A model generated the notes under the pieces. That model searched no databases. It saw only the letters and a list, made by a program, of their open reading frames with translations, and was not told the origin of the DNA. From contig NZ_JBIMKU010000003.1 of assembly GCF_051860965.1 (NCBI RefSeq), positions 367,671 to 431,670 of the forward strand: DNA of 64,000 bases, given 5' to 3'. Made by a program: the position numbers and the translations under genes. This document shows positions 11,163-19,743 of the stretch, piece by piece. The first letter of the stretch is position 1; each line of letters opens with the position of its first letter. The DNA comes from Microbacterium sp. (lineage in GTDB: Bacteria; Actinomycetota; Actinomycetes; Actinomycetales; Microbacteriaceae).

Positions 11163-11656
11163 GCGTCGAACCCCAGGCTCAGCTTGCGCAGCAGGCCGGC
11201 GAGGCGCTCGCGATCGCCGCGCGACACAGCGCCGAGCAGCACGGCCTCGGCGTCCACGAGGCGGGTGATCGCGGCATCCACCCTCAACTGGCCATCCTCC
11301 GTCAGCGTCACGAGCACGCTGCGACCGTCGCCCGGATCGGCCTCGCGCCGCACGAGACGCCGCGCGACGAGTCGGTCGATGCGGTTGGTCATGGTGCCGC
11401 TCGAGACGAGCGTCTGCTGGAGGAGCTGCTTGGGGCTCAGCTGGAAGGGCTCGCCCGCGCGGCGCAGCGCCGACAGGACGTCCCACTCCCAGGATTCGAG
11501 GTCGCTGCGGCGGAAGGCGTCCTTGCGCGCGCGGTCCAGATGCCGCGACAGCCGATCGACCCGCGAGAGCACCTCGAGGGGGGAGAAGTCGAGGTCTGGC
11601 CGCTGGCGGGTCCACGCCTCGACGATCCTGTCGACTTCGTCGGACTCGTGCGGCAT
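11159..11656 (-). CDS. MarR family regulator, TamR/urate-responsive (UrtR) type
   Basis: DEVDRIVEAW...RPDLD...PLEVLSRV N-terminal helix and SGTMTNRIDRL closely resemble Streptomyces TamR as I recall it; CAGAAT plus 7 nt start. Confidence 0.88.
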   Translation of the reverse strand: MPHESDEVDRIVEAWTRQRPDLDFSPLEVLSRVDRLSRHLDRARKDAFRRSDLESWEWDVLSALRRAGEPFQLSPKQLLQQTLVSSGTMTNRIDRLVARRLVRREADPGDGRSVLVTLTEDGQLRVDAAITRLVDAEAVLLGAVSRGDRERLAGLLRKLSLGFDA

Positions 11657-11736
11657 GTCTGCCATTCTGCCGGTCGGGGCGGATCGGCGTGCGATACCCC
11701 GTCTGGCAGACTTGACGGGGTCGCGCACGCGGCCGG

Positions 11737-11808
11737 TCCGCCGTGGTGTAACGGCAGCACGACAGCCTTTGGAGCTGTGAGGCCCAGGTTCGAATCCTGG
11801 CGGCGGAG
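11737..11808 (+). tRNA. tRNA-Gln (anticodon TTG), CCA not encoded
   Basis: Full cloverleaf: acceptor TCCGCCG/CGGCGGA, anticodon stem ACAGC/GCTGT with loop CTTTGGA, T-arm CCAGG-TTCGAAT-CCTGG. Confidence 0.97.
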
Positions 11809-11809
11809 C

Positions 11810-13276
11810 ATGTCCCACACAAACACCCCCCTCGCCGTCGTCGTCCTCGCCGCCGGGCAGGGCACGCGCATGAAGTCCACGATGCCGAAGGTCCTGCACC
11901 CCATCGGGGGTCGCCCGCTCGTCGGTCACGTCCTCGCGACGGCCCGCGCACTCGCGCCGGAGTCGGTCGTCGTCGTGGTGCGGCACGAGCGCGACCGGGT
12001 CGCGGCCGCGGTCGTCGACCAGGAGCCCGCAGCGGTCGTCGTCGACCAGGACGAGATCCCCGGCACGGGTCGTGCGGTGGAGATCGCGCTCGCCGCGCTG
12101 CCCGGCTTCGAGGGCGACGTGCTCGTGCTGAGCGGCGACGTGCCCCTCCTCGAGGCCGAGACGCTCGGTGCGCTCATCGCCGCGCACCGTGCGTCGGCGG
12201 CCGCCGCGACCGTGCTGAGCGCCGTCGTCGACGACGCGCACGGGTACGGACGCGTGATCCGGGATGCCTCGGGCGCGGTGCTGCGGATCGTCGAGCAGAA
12301 GGACGCCACCCCCGACGAGGCGGCCGTCACCGAGATCAACGCGGGCGTCTACGTCTTCCGCGCGCCGGCCCTCCGCACCCAGATAGCGCTCGTCGGCACG
12401 GCGAACGCGCAGGGCGAGAAGTACCTCACCGACGTCGTCGGACTGCTGCGGAGCGCGAGCGAGTCCGTCGCGGCGTCGGCGGCTCCGGATGCCGCGGCCG
12501 CGCTCGGCGTCAACGACCGCGTCCAGCTGTCCGAGGCCGGGCGTCTGCTGAACGCCCGCACGGTGCGCCGCTGGCAGCTCGAAGGTGTCACGATCGTCGA
12601 CCCCGCGACGACGTGGATCGATGTGACGGCCACGCTCGCGCCCGACGTCACCATCCTCCCGAACACGCAGCTGCTGCGTGCGACGGTCGTCGAGTCCGGC
12701 GCCGTCATCGGTCCCGACACGACCCTCGTCGACTGCGAGGTGGGACCGGATGCCTCGGTCAAGCGCACCGACGGCACCCTCGCCGTCATCGGCGCCGGAG
12801 CATCCGTCGGACCGTTCTCGTACCTGCGGCCCGGCACCTATCTCGCGGCCGGGGGCAAGATCGGCACGTTCGTCGAGACGAAGAACTCCACGATCGGCGA
12901 GGGCAGCAAGGTCCCGCACCTGTCGTACATCGGCGACACCACGATCGGCGCCCACGTCAACATCGGAGCCGGCGCCATCACGGCCAACTACGACGACATC
13001 GCCAAGCACCGCACCGAGATCGGCGACGAGGTGCACACGGGGTCGCACAACGTGTTCGTCGCGCCCGTTAGGATCGGAGACGGAGCGAAGACCGGGGCGG
13101 GGGCAGTCGTCCGAAAGGACGTCCCCGCAGGTGCCCTGGCCCTGAGCGTGGCCCCTCAGCGCAACGTCGAGGGGTGGGTCGAGACCAACCGACCGGGCAC
13201 GGGTGCTGCGGATGCCGCGGCCAAGGCCCGGTCCGCAACGAAGGCGGACGATGGGTCGCAAGAACAAGACGATTGA
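11810..13276 (+). CDS. glmU: Bifunctional UDP-GlcNAc pyrophosphorylase / GlcN-1-P acetyltransferase
   Basis: LAAGQGTRMKS, GYGRVIR, EINAGVY, YLTD, hexapeptide domain, KVPHLSYIGD. Confidence 0.97.
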   Translation: MSHTNTPLAVVVLAAGQGTRMKSTMPKVLHPIGGRPLVGHVLATARALAPESVVVVVRHERDRVAAAVVDQEPAAVVVDQDEIPGTGRAVEIALAALPGFEGDVLVLSGDVPLLEAETLGALIAAHRASAAAATVLSAVVDDAHGYGRVIRDASGAVLRIVEQKDATPDEAAVTEINAGVYVFRAPALRTQIALVGTANAQGEKYLTDVVGLLRSASESVAASAAPDAAAALGVNDRVQLSEAGRLLNARTVRRWQLEGVTIVDPATTWIDVTATLAPDVTILPNTQLLRATVVESGAVIGPDTTLVDCEVGPDASVKRTDGTLAVIGAGASVGPFSYLRPGTYLAAGGKIGTFVETKNSTIGEGSKVPHLSYIGDTTIGAHVNIGAGAITANYDDIAKHRTEIGDEVHTGSHNVFVAPVRIGDGAKTGAGAVVRKDVPAGALALSVAPQRNVEGWVETNRPGTGAADAAAKARSATKADDGSQEQDD

Positions 13277-14285
13277 ACTCGATCGCGAACACGACATCGC
13301 ACCCGGGCTCGTCGCCAAGACCAAGAAGCGCCTCGTCGTCGCTCGCGGCAGCTCGCACCCGGAGCTCGCGATCGAAGTCGCCGGGCACCTGGGCACCGAG
13401 CTCGTGCCGACCGAGTACCGCACGTTCGCGTCGGGAGAGATCCTCACGCGGTTCGAGGTGTCGATCCGCGGGTGCGACTTCTTCCTGATCCAGAGCTTCG
13501 GTCCGCCCGTCAACGAATGGCTCATGGAGACGCTCATCATGCTCGACGCGGCCAAGCGCGCGTCGGCGAAGCGCATCACCGTCGTCGCTCCCTACTACCC
13601 CTACTCGCGTCAGGACAAGAAAGGCCGCGGCCGCGAGCCGATCAGCGCACGCCTGGTGGCCGATCTGCTCAAGACCGCGGGCGCCGACCGCGTCATGAGC
13701 GTCGACCTGCACGCGGCGCAGATCCAGGGGTTCTTCGACGGACCCGTCGACCACCTGTTCGCCAAGCCCGTGCTGCTGGAGTACTTCCGCGACAACCTGA
13801 GCGCGGCCGACCGCGAGAAGCTCACGGTGGTCTCGCCCGACACGGGTCGTGTGCGCGTCGCCGACCAGTGGTCCGACAGCCTCGATGCGCCGCTCGCCAT
13901 CATCCACAAGCGCCGCGACCCGAACGTCGCCAACCAGGTGACCGTCAACGAGATCGTCGGACACGTGGACGGACGCGTGTGCCTGCTCGTCGACGACATG
14001 ATCGACACCGGCGGCACGATCGTGAAGGCGGCCGAGGCGCTCAAGGCCAACGGCGCCGAGCGCGTCATCGTCGCGGCGACCCACGCGATCTTCAGCGATC
14101 CCGCCGCGACGCGCCTGCAGAGCGATGCGATCGACGAGGTCGTCGTCACCGACACGATCCCGGTCCCCGAGGAGAAGCGCTTCTCGACGCTCACGATCCT
14201 TCCGATCGCGCCGCTGCTCGCGCGCGCGATCCGCGAGGTGTTCGAGGACGGCTCGGTGACGAGCATGTTCGGCGGGGATGCCTGA
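13251..14285 (+). CDS. prs: Ribose-phosphate pyrophosphokinase
   Basis: FASGE, PYYPYSRQDKK, DLHAAQIQGFF, VSPDTG, VDDMIDTGGT; start overlaps the glmU end by 26 nt. Confidence 0.97.
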   Translation: MGRKNKTIELDREHDIAPGLVAKTKKRLVVARGSSHPELAIEVAGHLGTELVPTEYRTFASGEILTRFEVSIRGCDFFLIQSFGPPVNEWLMETLIMLDAAKRASAKRITVVAPYYPYSRQDKKGRGREPISARLVADLLKTAGADRVMSVDLHAAQIQGFFDGPVDHLFAKPVLLEYFRDNLSAADREKLTVVSPDTGRVRVADQWSDSLDAPLAIIHKRRDPNVANQVTVNEIVGHVDGRVCLLVDDMIDTGGTIVKAAEALKANGAERVIVAATHAIFSDPAATRLQSDAIDEVVVTDTIPVPEEKRFSTLTILPIAPLLARAIREVFEDGSVTSMFGGDA

Positions 14286-14301
14286 GCCGGCTCGTCACTG
14301 C

Positions 14302-14319
14302 TTCAAAGGTCGTTCATAG
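14302..14319 (+). promoter_or_regulatory. Tandem TTCAAAG/TTCATAG repeat with 11-bp period, candidate response-regulator site
   Basis: Heptamers at 14302 and 14313, about 10 nt upstream of a weak -10 (GAGGAT) of the FMN-lipoprotein operon. Confidence 0.45.
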
Positions 14320-14364
14320 AGTCGTCCGTGAGGATGGTGGGACGCTCGCAGAAGGAGGACCATC

Positions 14365-14829
14365 ATGATCCGCACCACCGCAGCATCCCGCACCGCCGTC
14401 CGTTTCGGCACGGTCGCGGCCGTCGGCTTCGCCGGCGCGATCGCACTCGCTGGCTGCACGTCACCGGCCACGACGGGTTCGGGGACGGATGCCGGGACGG
14501 ACACCGGCACCGATTCCGGCTCGTCCACCACGACCTACACCGACGGCACGTATACCGCCGACGGCACGTACCAGACTCCTGAGTCGGTCGAGACGATCTC
14601 GGTCACCGTCACGCTCGCCGACGGCGTCGTGACGGCGGTCGACGTCGAGGGCGACCCGCAGAAGGCCGAGTCGGAGCAGTATCAGGCGAAGTTCATCGGC
14701 GGCATCTCGGACGAGGTGGTCGGCAAGTCCATCGACGACATCTCGGTGAGCCGTGTGGCGGGCTCGTCGCTCACGAGCGGCGGCTTCAACCAGGCGATCG
14801 AGACGATCAAGTCCGAAGCGGCCGCCTGA
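14365..14829 (+). CDS. FMN-binding (flavinylation substrate) lipoprotein
   Basis: Lipobox LAGC, T/G/D-rich linker, FMN_bind-like domain ending VSRVAGSSLTSGGF (variant of [ST]GA[ST]); SD AAGGAGG; next to apbE. Confidence 0.85.
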   Translation: MIRTTAASRTAVRFGTVAAVGFAGAIALAGCTSPATTGSGTDAGTDTGTDSGSSTTTYTDGTYTADGTYQTPESVETISVTVTLADGVVTAVDVEGDPQKAESEQYQAKFIGGISDEVVGKSIDDISVSRVAGSSLTSGGFNQAIETIKSEAAA

Positions 14830-14834
14830 TCACG

Positions 14835-15686
14835 ATGGCGGGTCCCGCCGTCTGGCGCTTCGACGCGATCGGGGTGCCGTGGCAGATCGAGACGCCCGAG
14901 CCGCTCGATGTGATCGCGCGGCGCGCCGTCGAGGCCGTCATCGAGCACTTCGACGCGGAGTGGTCGCGCTTCCGGCCGGACTCGCTCGTCTCGCAGCTGG
15001 CCCGTGACGGCGGCGAGGTCGCGGCACCGGCCGACGCGGCCCCGATGCTCGAGGCCTACGCCGAGCTGTCCGCGGCCACAGATGGCGCCGTCAATCCGCT
15101 CATCGGCTGGGCGCTCGCGCGCCGGGGCTACGACGCGGGGCTCTCGCTCGTCGATCGCGGAGCCGAGCCGTCGCCGGACTGGCGGTCGCTGCTCGCGTGG
15201 GACGACGAACGGCTGCGGCTGCGGCATCCATCGGTCATCGACGTCGGCGCGCTCGGCAAGGGACGCCTCGTCGACCTCGTGCTCGATGCCGTCGGGAGCG
15301 ACGACGTCGTGGTCGATGCGAGCGGTGACCTCGCCGTGCGCGGCGGGACCCAGCGGATCGGGCTGGAGCACCCCTTCGATCCGCGTCGCGCGATCGGCGT
15401 GTGGGAGATCCGGGATGCCGCGCTGTGCGCCTCGGCGACGAATCGGCGCGCGTGGGGCGATGGCCTCCACCACGTGCTCGATGCGCGCACGGGGGAGCCG
15501 GTGCGCACGATCGCGGCGACGTGGGCCGTGGCGCCCACCGCGATGCGCGCCGACGCGATCGCGACGGCGCTCTTCTTCGACGGCGGAGAGTGCCTCGCGC
15601 ACGACTGGGGAGTCTCATGGGTGCGCATGACGACAGACGGTCGCGTCGAGTGGTCGCCCGGGAGTAAGGCAGAGTTGTTCACGTGA
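14835..15686 (+). CDS. apbE: FAD:protein FMN transferase (ApbE family)
   Basis: WSRFRPDSLVS, TDGAVNPLIG, IDVGALGKG, DASGD, HHVLDARTG, ADAIATAL; no N-terminal signal peptide. Confidence 0.9.
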   Translation: MAGPAVWRFDAIGVPWQIETPEPLDVIARRAVEAVIEHFDAEWSRFRPDSLVSQLARDGGEVAAPADAAPMLEAYAELSAATDGAVNPLIGWALARRGYDAGLSLVDRGAEPSPDWRSLLAWDDERLRLRHPSVIDVGALGKGRLVDLVLDAVGSDDVVVDASGDLAVRGGTQRIGLEHPFDPRRAIGVWEIRDAALCASATNRRAWGDGLHHVLDARTGEPVRTIAATWAVAPTAMRADAIATALFFDGGECLAHDWGVSWVRMTTDGRVEWSPGSKAELFT

Positions 15687-17254
15687 TCGGATCCCTCACC
15701 GCCCTGTGGAACCGCGTGTTCGCGGTGCTCGGCCGCGTCTCGATGTACCGTCTCGTGCTGCTCTCGCTCGGCACGCTGGCCGTCATCGCGCTGGTGCTCT
15801 CGTTCTTCGGGCTCGTCGCGCCCGGCCCCCTCGAGCTGGTCGTGACGCTCGTCGTCCTGTCGATCGTGTGCTCGGGAGTGGATGCCGCGGCCCAGCGCGT
15901 CCTGAAACTGCCCTGGCGCATCGAGTCGTCGCTCATCACGGCGCACATCCTGCTGTTCGTGCTGCGCCCGACGCTCGACCTCGCCGGGATCGCGGGCATC
16001 GCGCTCGCGGGCGCCGTGGCCTCCCTCTCGAAGTACGTCATCGCATGGCAGGGACGACACATCCTCAACCCCGCCGCCGTCGGCGCGACCGTCCTCACGC
16101 TGGTGAGTCTCGCGGCGCCCGCTCTCGGCGCGCCGTCCTGGTGGGTCGGCACGCCGGCGATGGCCGGACCCGTCATCCTGCTCGGCATCGCCGTCCTCTG
16201 GCGCACCGAGAAGCTCCGTGTCGTGGCGGTGTTCCTCGTCGCAGCGGTCGCGGTCGCCGTCCTGCGCACGACCGCGCAGTACCAGGCCGCAGGAGTCTCC
16301 GTCCCGATCGGCGACGTCTTCTGGCCGATCCTGTGGTCGTCGCCCTTCCTCTTCCTCGGTGCGTTCATGCTGTCCGAGCCGCTCACGCTCCCGCCGCGCC
16401 GCTGGCAGCAGTTCACCGTCGCGGGCGTCGTCGGCGTGCTCGCCGGATGGCCCATCGACCTCGGCGCCATCAGTCTCGGCCAGGAGCGCGCGCTCATCAT
16501 CGGCAACCTCGTCGCGTTCGCCTTCGCCGTCCGTTCGGCGGTGCGCCTGACGCTCGAGTCGCGCACCGACCTGACGCCGACCGTGCGCGAGCTCACTTTC
16601 CGGGCACGGCGGCCGCTGAAGTTCGTTCCGGGGCAGTATCTCGAGATCGAGGTGCCGCACCGCCACCCCGACGCGCGGGGCACGCGGCGAGAGTTCAGCA
16701 TCTCGTCGGCGCCCGAGGATCTTCCGCTCGTGAAGGTCGCGTTCCGCGAGGCATCCGGGCCCGGGGCGAAGCCGCAGAGCTCGTTCAAGCGCGCCCTCGC
16801 GCTGGTCGAACCCGGCGCAGGACTGCCGGTGACGGGTGTCTGGGGAGACTTCGTGCTGCCCAAGCGCACGGCCGCTCCGCTGCTCATGGTCGCCGCGGGG
16901 ATCGGCGTCACGCCGTTCGTGTCGCAGCTGCGGCAGGCGCAGGCGGCGCGCGAGGACCGCGACATCGTGCTCGTGTACGTCGCATCCGAGTCGTCCGAGC
17001 TCGTGTATCGCGCAGAACTCGAGGCGACCGGTGTGCCGACGATCGTGTTCACGCGCGATCGGCCCGCCGATCTGCCGCGGCACTGGGTCTGGGCGCAGGG
17101 CGTCCGACTCGACGCCGACGGCCTGCTGCGCGTCGTGCCCGACCTCTCGGCCCGCCACGCCTACATCTCGGGCCCGCCCGGCCTCATCGCCGACCTCGCG
17201 CCGGCGCTGGAGCGCGCGCGGTCGATCACGACCGACGCCTTCAGCGGCTACTGA
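15683..17254 (+). CDS. RnfD/NqrB-like membrane domain fused to an FNR-type FAD/NAD(P)H oxidoreductase
   Basis: HILNPAAVG and FMLSEPLTLP (RnfD-like NPA and FMxTDP motifs); RREFSISS (FAD); AAGIGVTPF and YISGPP (NAD binding); GTGA overlap with apbE. Confidence 0.82.
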   Translation: MIGSLTALWNRVFAVLGRVSMYRLVLLSLGTLAVIALVLSFFGLVAPGPLELVVTLVVLSIVCSGVDAAAQRVLKLPWRIESSLITAHILLFVLRPTLDLAGIAGIALAGAVASLSKYVIAWQGRHILNPAAVGATVLTLVSLAAPALGAPSWWVGTPAMAGPVILLGIAVLWRTEKLRVVAVFLVAAVAVAVLRTTAQYQAAGVSVPIGDVFWPILWSSPFLFLGAFMLSEPLTLPPRRWQQFTVAGVVGVLAGWPIDLGAISLGQERALIIGNLVAFAFAVRSAVRLTLESRTDLTPTVRELTFRARRPLKFVPGQYLEIEVPHRHPDARGTRREFSISSAPEDLPLVKVAFREASGPGAKPQSSFKRALALVEPGAGLPVTGVWGDFVLPKRTAAPLLMVAAGIGVTPFVSQLRQAQAAREDRDIVLVYVASESSELVYRAELEATGVPTIVFTRDRPADLPRHWVWAQGVRLDADGLLRVVPDLSARHAYISGPPGLIADLAPALERARSITTDAFSGY

Positions 17255-17305
17255 GCGCTTTCCGCGCTATTCGCGCGGGCCAATTGCGGTCGGGCATCTC
17301 CGGGG

Positions 17306-17360
17306 CGTGTCCCACGACACGCCGCTACCGGCAGTCGATTCCGGCATGAACTGGGACATG
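17306..17360. repeat. 55-bp palindromic element, copy 1
   Basis: CGTGTCCCAC...CTGGGACATG terminal inverted repeat; internal GGCGTGTC-CCAC-GACACGCC hairpin; gapless alignment to copy 2. Confidence 0.8.
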
Positions 17361-17398
17361 CCTGGCTCCGGTGCCACGAGGTCAGGCTGCTGCTCCGG

Positions 17399-17453
17399 CG
17401 TGTCCCACGACACGCCGCTATGCGAGGCTCATTCCGATGTGAAGTGGGACACG
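17399..17453. repeat. 55-bp palindromic element, copy 2
   Basis: Perfect 10-bp terminal inverted repeat CGTGTCCCAC/GTGGGACACG; first 22 nt identical to copy 1. Confidence 0.8.
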
Positions 17454-17515
17454 TAGCGCTGGAAAGGGGACATGGCGGCCGCCCGAACCGAGATGACGCG
17501 CAGAGCGTGGGGAGC

Positions 17516-19000
17516 TCAGGATGCCGCGGGCTGCGCCGGCTTGACGGCCGGAAGCCGCAGCTCGAACGTCGTGTCGCCCGGTTCGCTGACGACCGAGAGC
17601 GACCCGTCGTGCGCCTCGGCGATCGCGCGGGCGATCGAGAGTCCGAGTCCCGTGCCCCCGGTCTTGCGCGCTCGGGAGCGGTCGGCGCGCGCGAAGCGCT
17701 CGAACAGCTCGTCGGCGAGGTCGGGATCGATGCCGGGGCCGTCGTCGTGCACGCGCACGACGGCCTCGTCGGCCTCATGCGCGACGCTCACGGTCACGGT
17801 CGTGCCCTCGGGCGTGTGCACCCGCGCGTTCGCGAGCAGGTTCGCGAGCACCTGCGTGAGGCGCCCGGAGTCGCCCGCGACGACGACCGGCTCGTCGTCG
17901 AGCTCGAGCACCCACTCGTGGTCGAGTCCCGCGGCCTGCGCATCGCCGACCGCCTCGATCGACAGACGAGAGAGATCGACGGATCCGTAGACGAGCTCCT
18001 GACCCTCGTCGAGCCGTGCCAGGAGCAGCAGGTCCTCGACGAGCGACGTCATCCGCAGCGACTGCGCCTGGATGCGCTCGAGCGACGACTCGGTCGTCTC
18101 GCTCAGCGAGCGGTCGCGCAGCGAGAGCTCCGAGTACCCGCGGATCGAGGCGAGCGGCGTGCGCAGCTCGTGGCTCGCGTCGGCGACGAAGCGTCGCATG
18201 CGCTCCTCGTTGCGCTGGCGCGCGTCGAGGGATGTCCCGACATGATCGAGCAGAGTGTTGAGCGCGAGCCCGACGCGGCCGATCTCGGTGCGGTCGTCGG
18301 TCTCGGCATCCGGAACCCGCTCCGTGATCGTGACCTCGCCCTGATCCAGCGGCATCGTCGCGACCCGCTCGGCGGTGTCGGCGACACTGCGCAGGGGGCG
18401 CAGTCCCGAGCGCACGACGAAGGCGATCGTCGCCGCGAGGAGCAGCAGGCCGCCGGCCGTCACGAGGGCCACGGTCGTGATGATCTGCGCGACGGTCGAC
18501 TGGACCTCGCCCAGCGAGACGCCGACGACGGCGTAGTAGCTCTGGGACGGTACGCCCGTCACGCGGTACGAGCCGAGCGCCGAGATCGAGATCGAAACGG
18601 GGGAGGGGCCTGGCGCGGTGAAGGCGTCCACGACCTCCTGCAGCTGGTCAGCCGAGAGCTCGCGCACATCGCCCGGCTCAGCGACGAAGGCGCCGGTCGT
18701 GTTCAAAGACGACGACTGCAGGACGAGCACGGTGCCCCGCTCCTGCCATCCCTGATCGAGGACATCCTGCGCCGTGAGCTCCTCACCCGTCGGCGGGAAC
18801 TGGCGCAAGAGGCTCTGCGCCGTCTCTGTCGCGGTCGACCGCAGCTTCGCGTCGAGATTCGTCTGCAGGATCTGACCGAGGATCGCGCTCGTCGCGAAGG
18901 CGATCGCGACGATGATGAACGTCACGATCCCGATGATCGTGACCATGAGACGCGACTGGAGGCTCCACCGCCTCCGTCGTGGAGCAGCGTCGGACGTCAC
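17516..19000 (-). CDS. Sensor histidine kinase with HAMP domain (TcrY/TrcS-like)
   Basis: Two TM helices, FVADASHELRTPL H-box, NLLANA N-box, DDGPGI and GTGLGL boxes. Confidence 0.95.
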   Translation of the reverse strand: MTSDAAPRRRRWSLQSRLMVTIIGIVTFIIVAIAFATSAILGQILQTNLDAKLRSTATETAQSLLRQFPPTGEELTAQDVLDQGWQERGTVLVLQSSSLNTTGAFVAEPGDVRELSADQLQEVVDAFTAPGPSPVSISISALGSYRVTGVPSQSYYAVVGVSLGEVQSTVAQIITTVALVTAGGLLLLAATIAFVVRSGLRPLRSVADTAERVATMPLDQGEVTITERVPDAETDDRTEIGRVGLALNTLLDHVGTSLDARQRNEERMRRFVADASHELRTPLASIRGYSELSLRDRSLSETTESSLERIQAQSLRMTSLVEDLLLLARLDEGQELVYGSVDLSRLSIEAVGDAQAAGLDHEWVLELDDEPVVVAGDSGRLTQVLANLLANARVHTPEGTTVTVSVAHEADEAVVRVHDDGPGIDPDLADELFERFARADRSRARKTGGTGLGLSIARAIAEAHDGSLSVVSEPGDTTFELRLPAVKPAQPAAS

Positions 19001-19725
19001 TGCGGGGCCTTGATCATGTACCCGACGCCGCGGACGGTGTGGATGAGCGGCTCACGACCCGCGTCGATCTTCTTGCGCAGGTACGAGATGTACAGCTCGA
19101 CGACCGACGAGCGACCGCCGAAGTCGTAGTTCCAGACGCGGTCGAGGATCTGCGCCTTCGAGACCACTCGGCGCTGGTTGCGCATGAGGAAGCGCAGCAG
19201 CTCGAATTCCGTCGCCGTCAGCTCGATCTCGGCTCCCGACCGCTCGACCTCGTGACTGTCCTCGTTGAGGGTGAGGTCGGCGACCCGCAGGATCGGCTCG
19301 GCGCCGCTCGCATACGCCGTGCCCGCGCGGCGCATGAGGCCGCGCAAGCGTGCGACGACCTCTTCGAGGCTGAACGGCTTCGTGACGTAGTCGTCGCCGC
19401 CGGCCGTGAGTCCTGCCACGCGGTCGCTCACGGCATCCTTCGCCGTCAGGAACAGCACGGGCACGTCGTCGCCGGACTGACGCAGCCGCTGCAGCACGGC
19501 CATGCCGTCGAGGTCGGGCATCATGATGTCGAGCACCATGGCGTCGGGGGCGAACTCGCGAGCCGTCTGCAGCGCCTGGAAGCCGGATGCCGCGGTCTTG
19601 ACCTCCCACCCCTCCATGCGCAGCGCCATCGACAGCAGGTCGGTGAGCATCTGCTCGTCGTCGACCACGAGCACGCGCAGGGGGGTGCCGTCGGGACGGG
19701 TGAGGGCGGTGGCGGGCGTCGTCAT
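18997..19725 (-). CDS. OmpR-family response regulator (TcrX/TrcR-like)
   Basis: VVDDE, LDIMMPD, FLTAKD, GGDDYVTKPF, winged helix HTVRGVGY; leaderless ATG after CATCAT plus 6 nt. Confidence 0.95.
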   Translation of the reverse strand: MTTPATALTRPDGTPLRVLVVDDEQMLTDLLSMALRMEGWEVKTAASGFQALQTAREFAPDAMVLDIMMPDLDGMAVLQRLRQSGDDVPVLFLTAKDAVSDRVAGLTAGGDDYVTKPFSLEEVVARLRGLMRRAGTAYASGAEPILRVADLTLNEDSHEVERSGAEIELTATEFELLRFLMRNQRRVVSKAQILDRVWNYDFGGRSSVVELYISYLRKKIDAGREPLIHTVRGVGYMIKAPQ

Positions 19726-19743
19726 GATCACATGATGCCCGTG

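Noticed and set aside
11737-11808. tRNA-Gln and tRNA-Leu (48589-48661) as occupied integration sites
   Set aside because: No integrase, no duplicated tRNA 3' end and no visible GC drop next to either tRNA.
17306-17453. Possible mini-CRISPR or integron attC array
   Set aside because: Only two units, the variable part is internal and 10 nt long, there are no RYYYAAC/GTTRRRY boxes, and no cas or integrase gene is nearby. Kept as an unexplained repeat instead.
17472-17990. ORF with SD-like AAAGGGGA upstream
   Set aside because: Lies almost entirely antisense to the histidine kinase, has atypical codons and no motifs.
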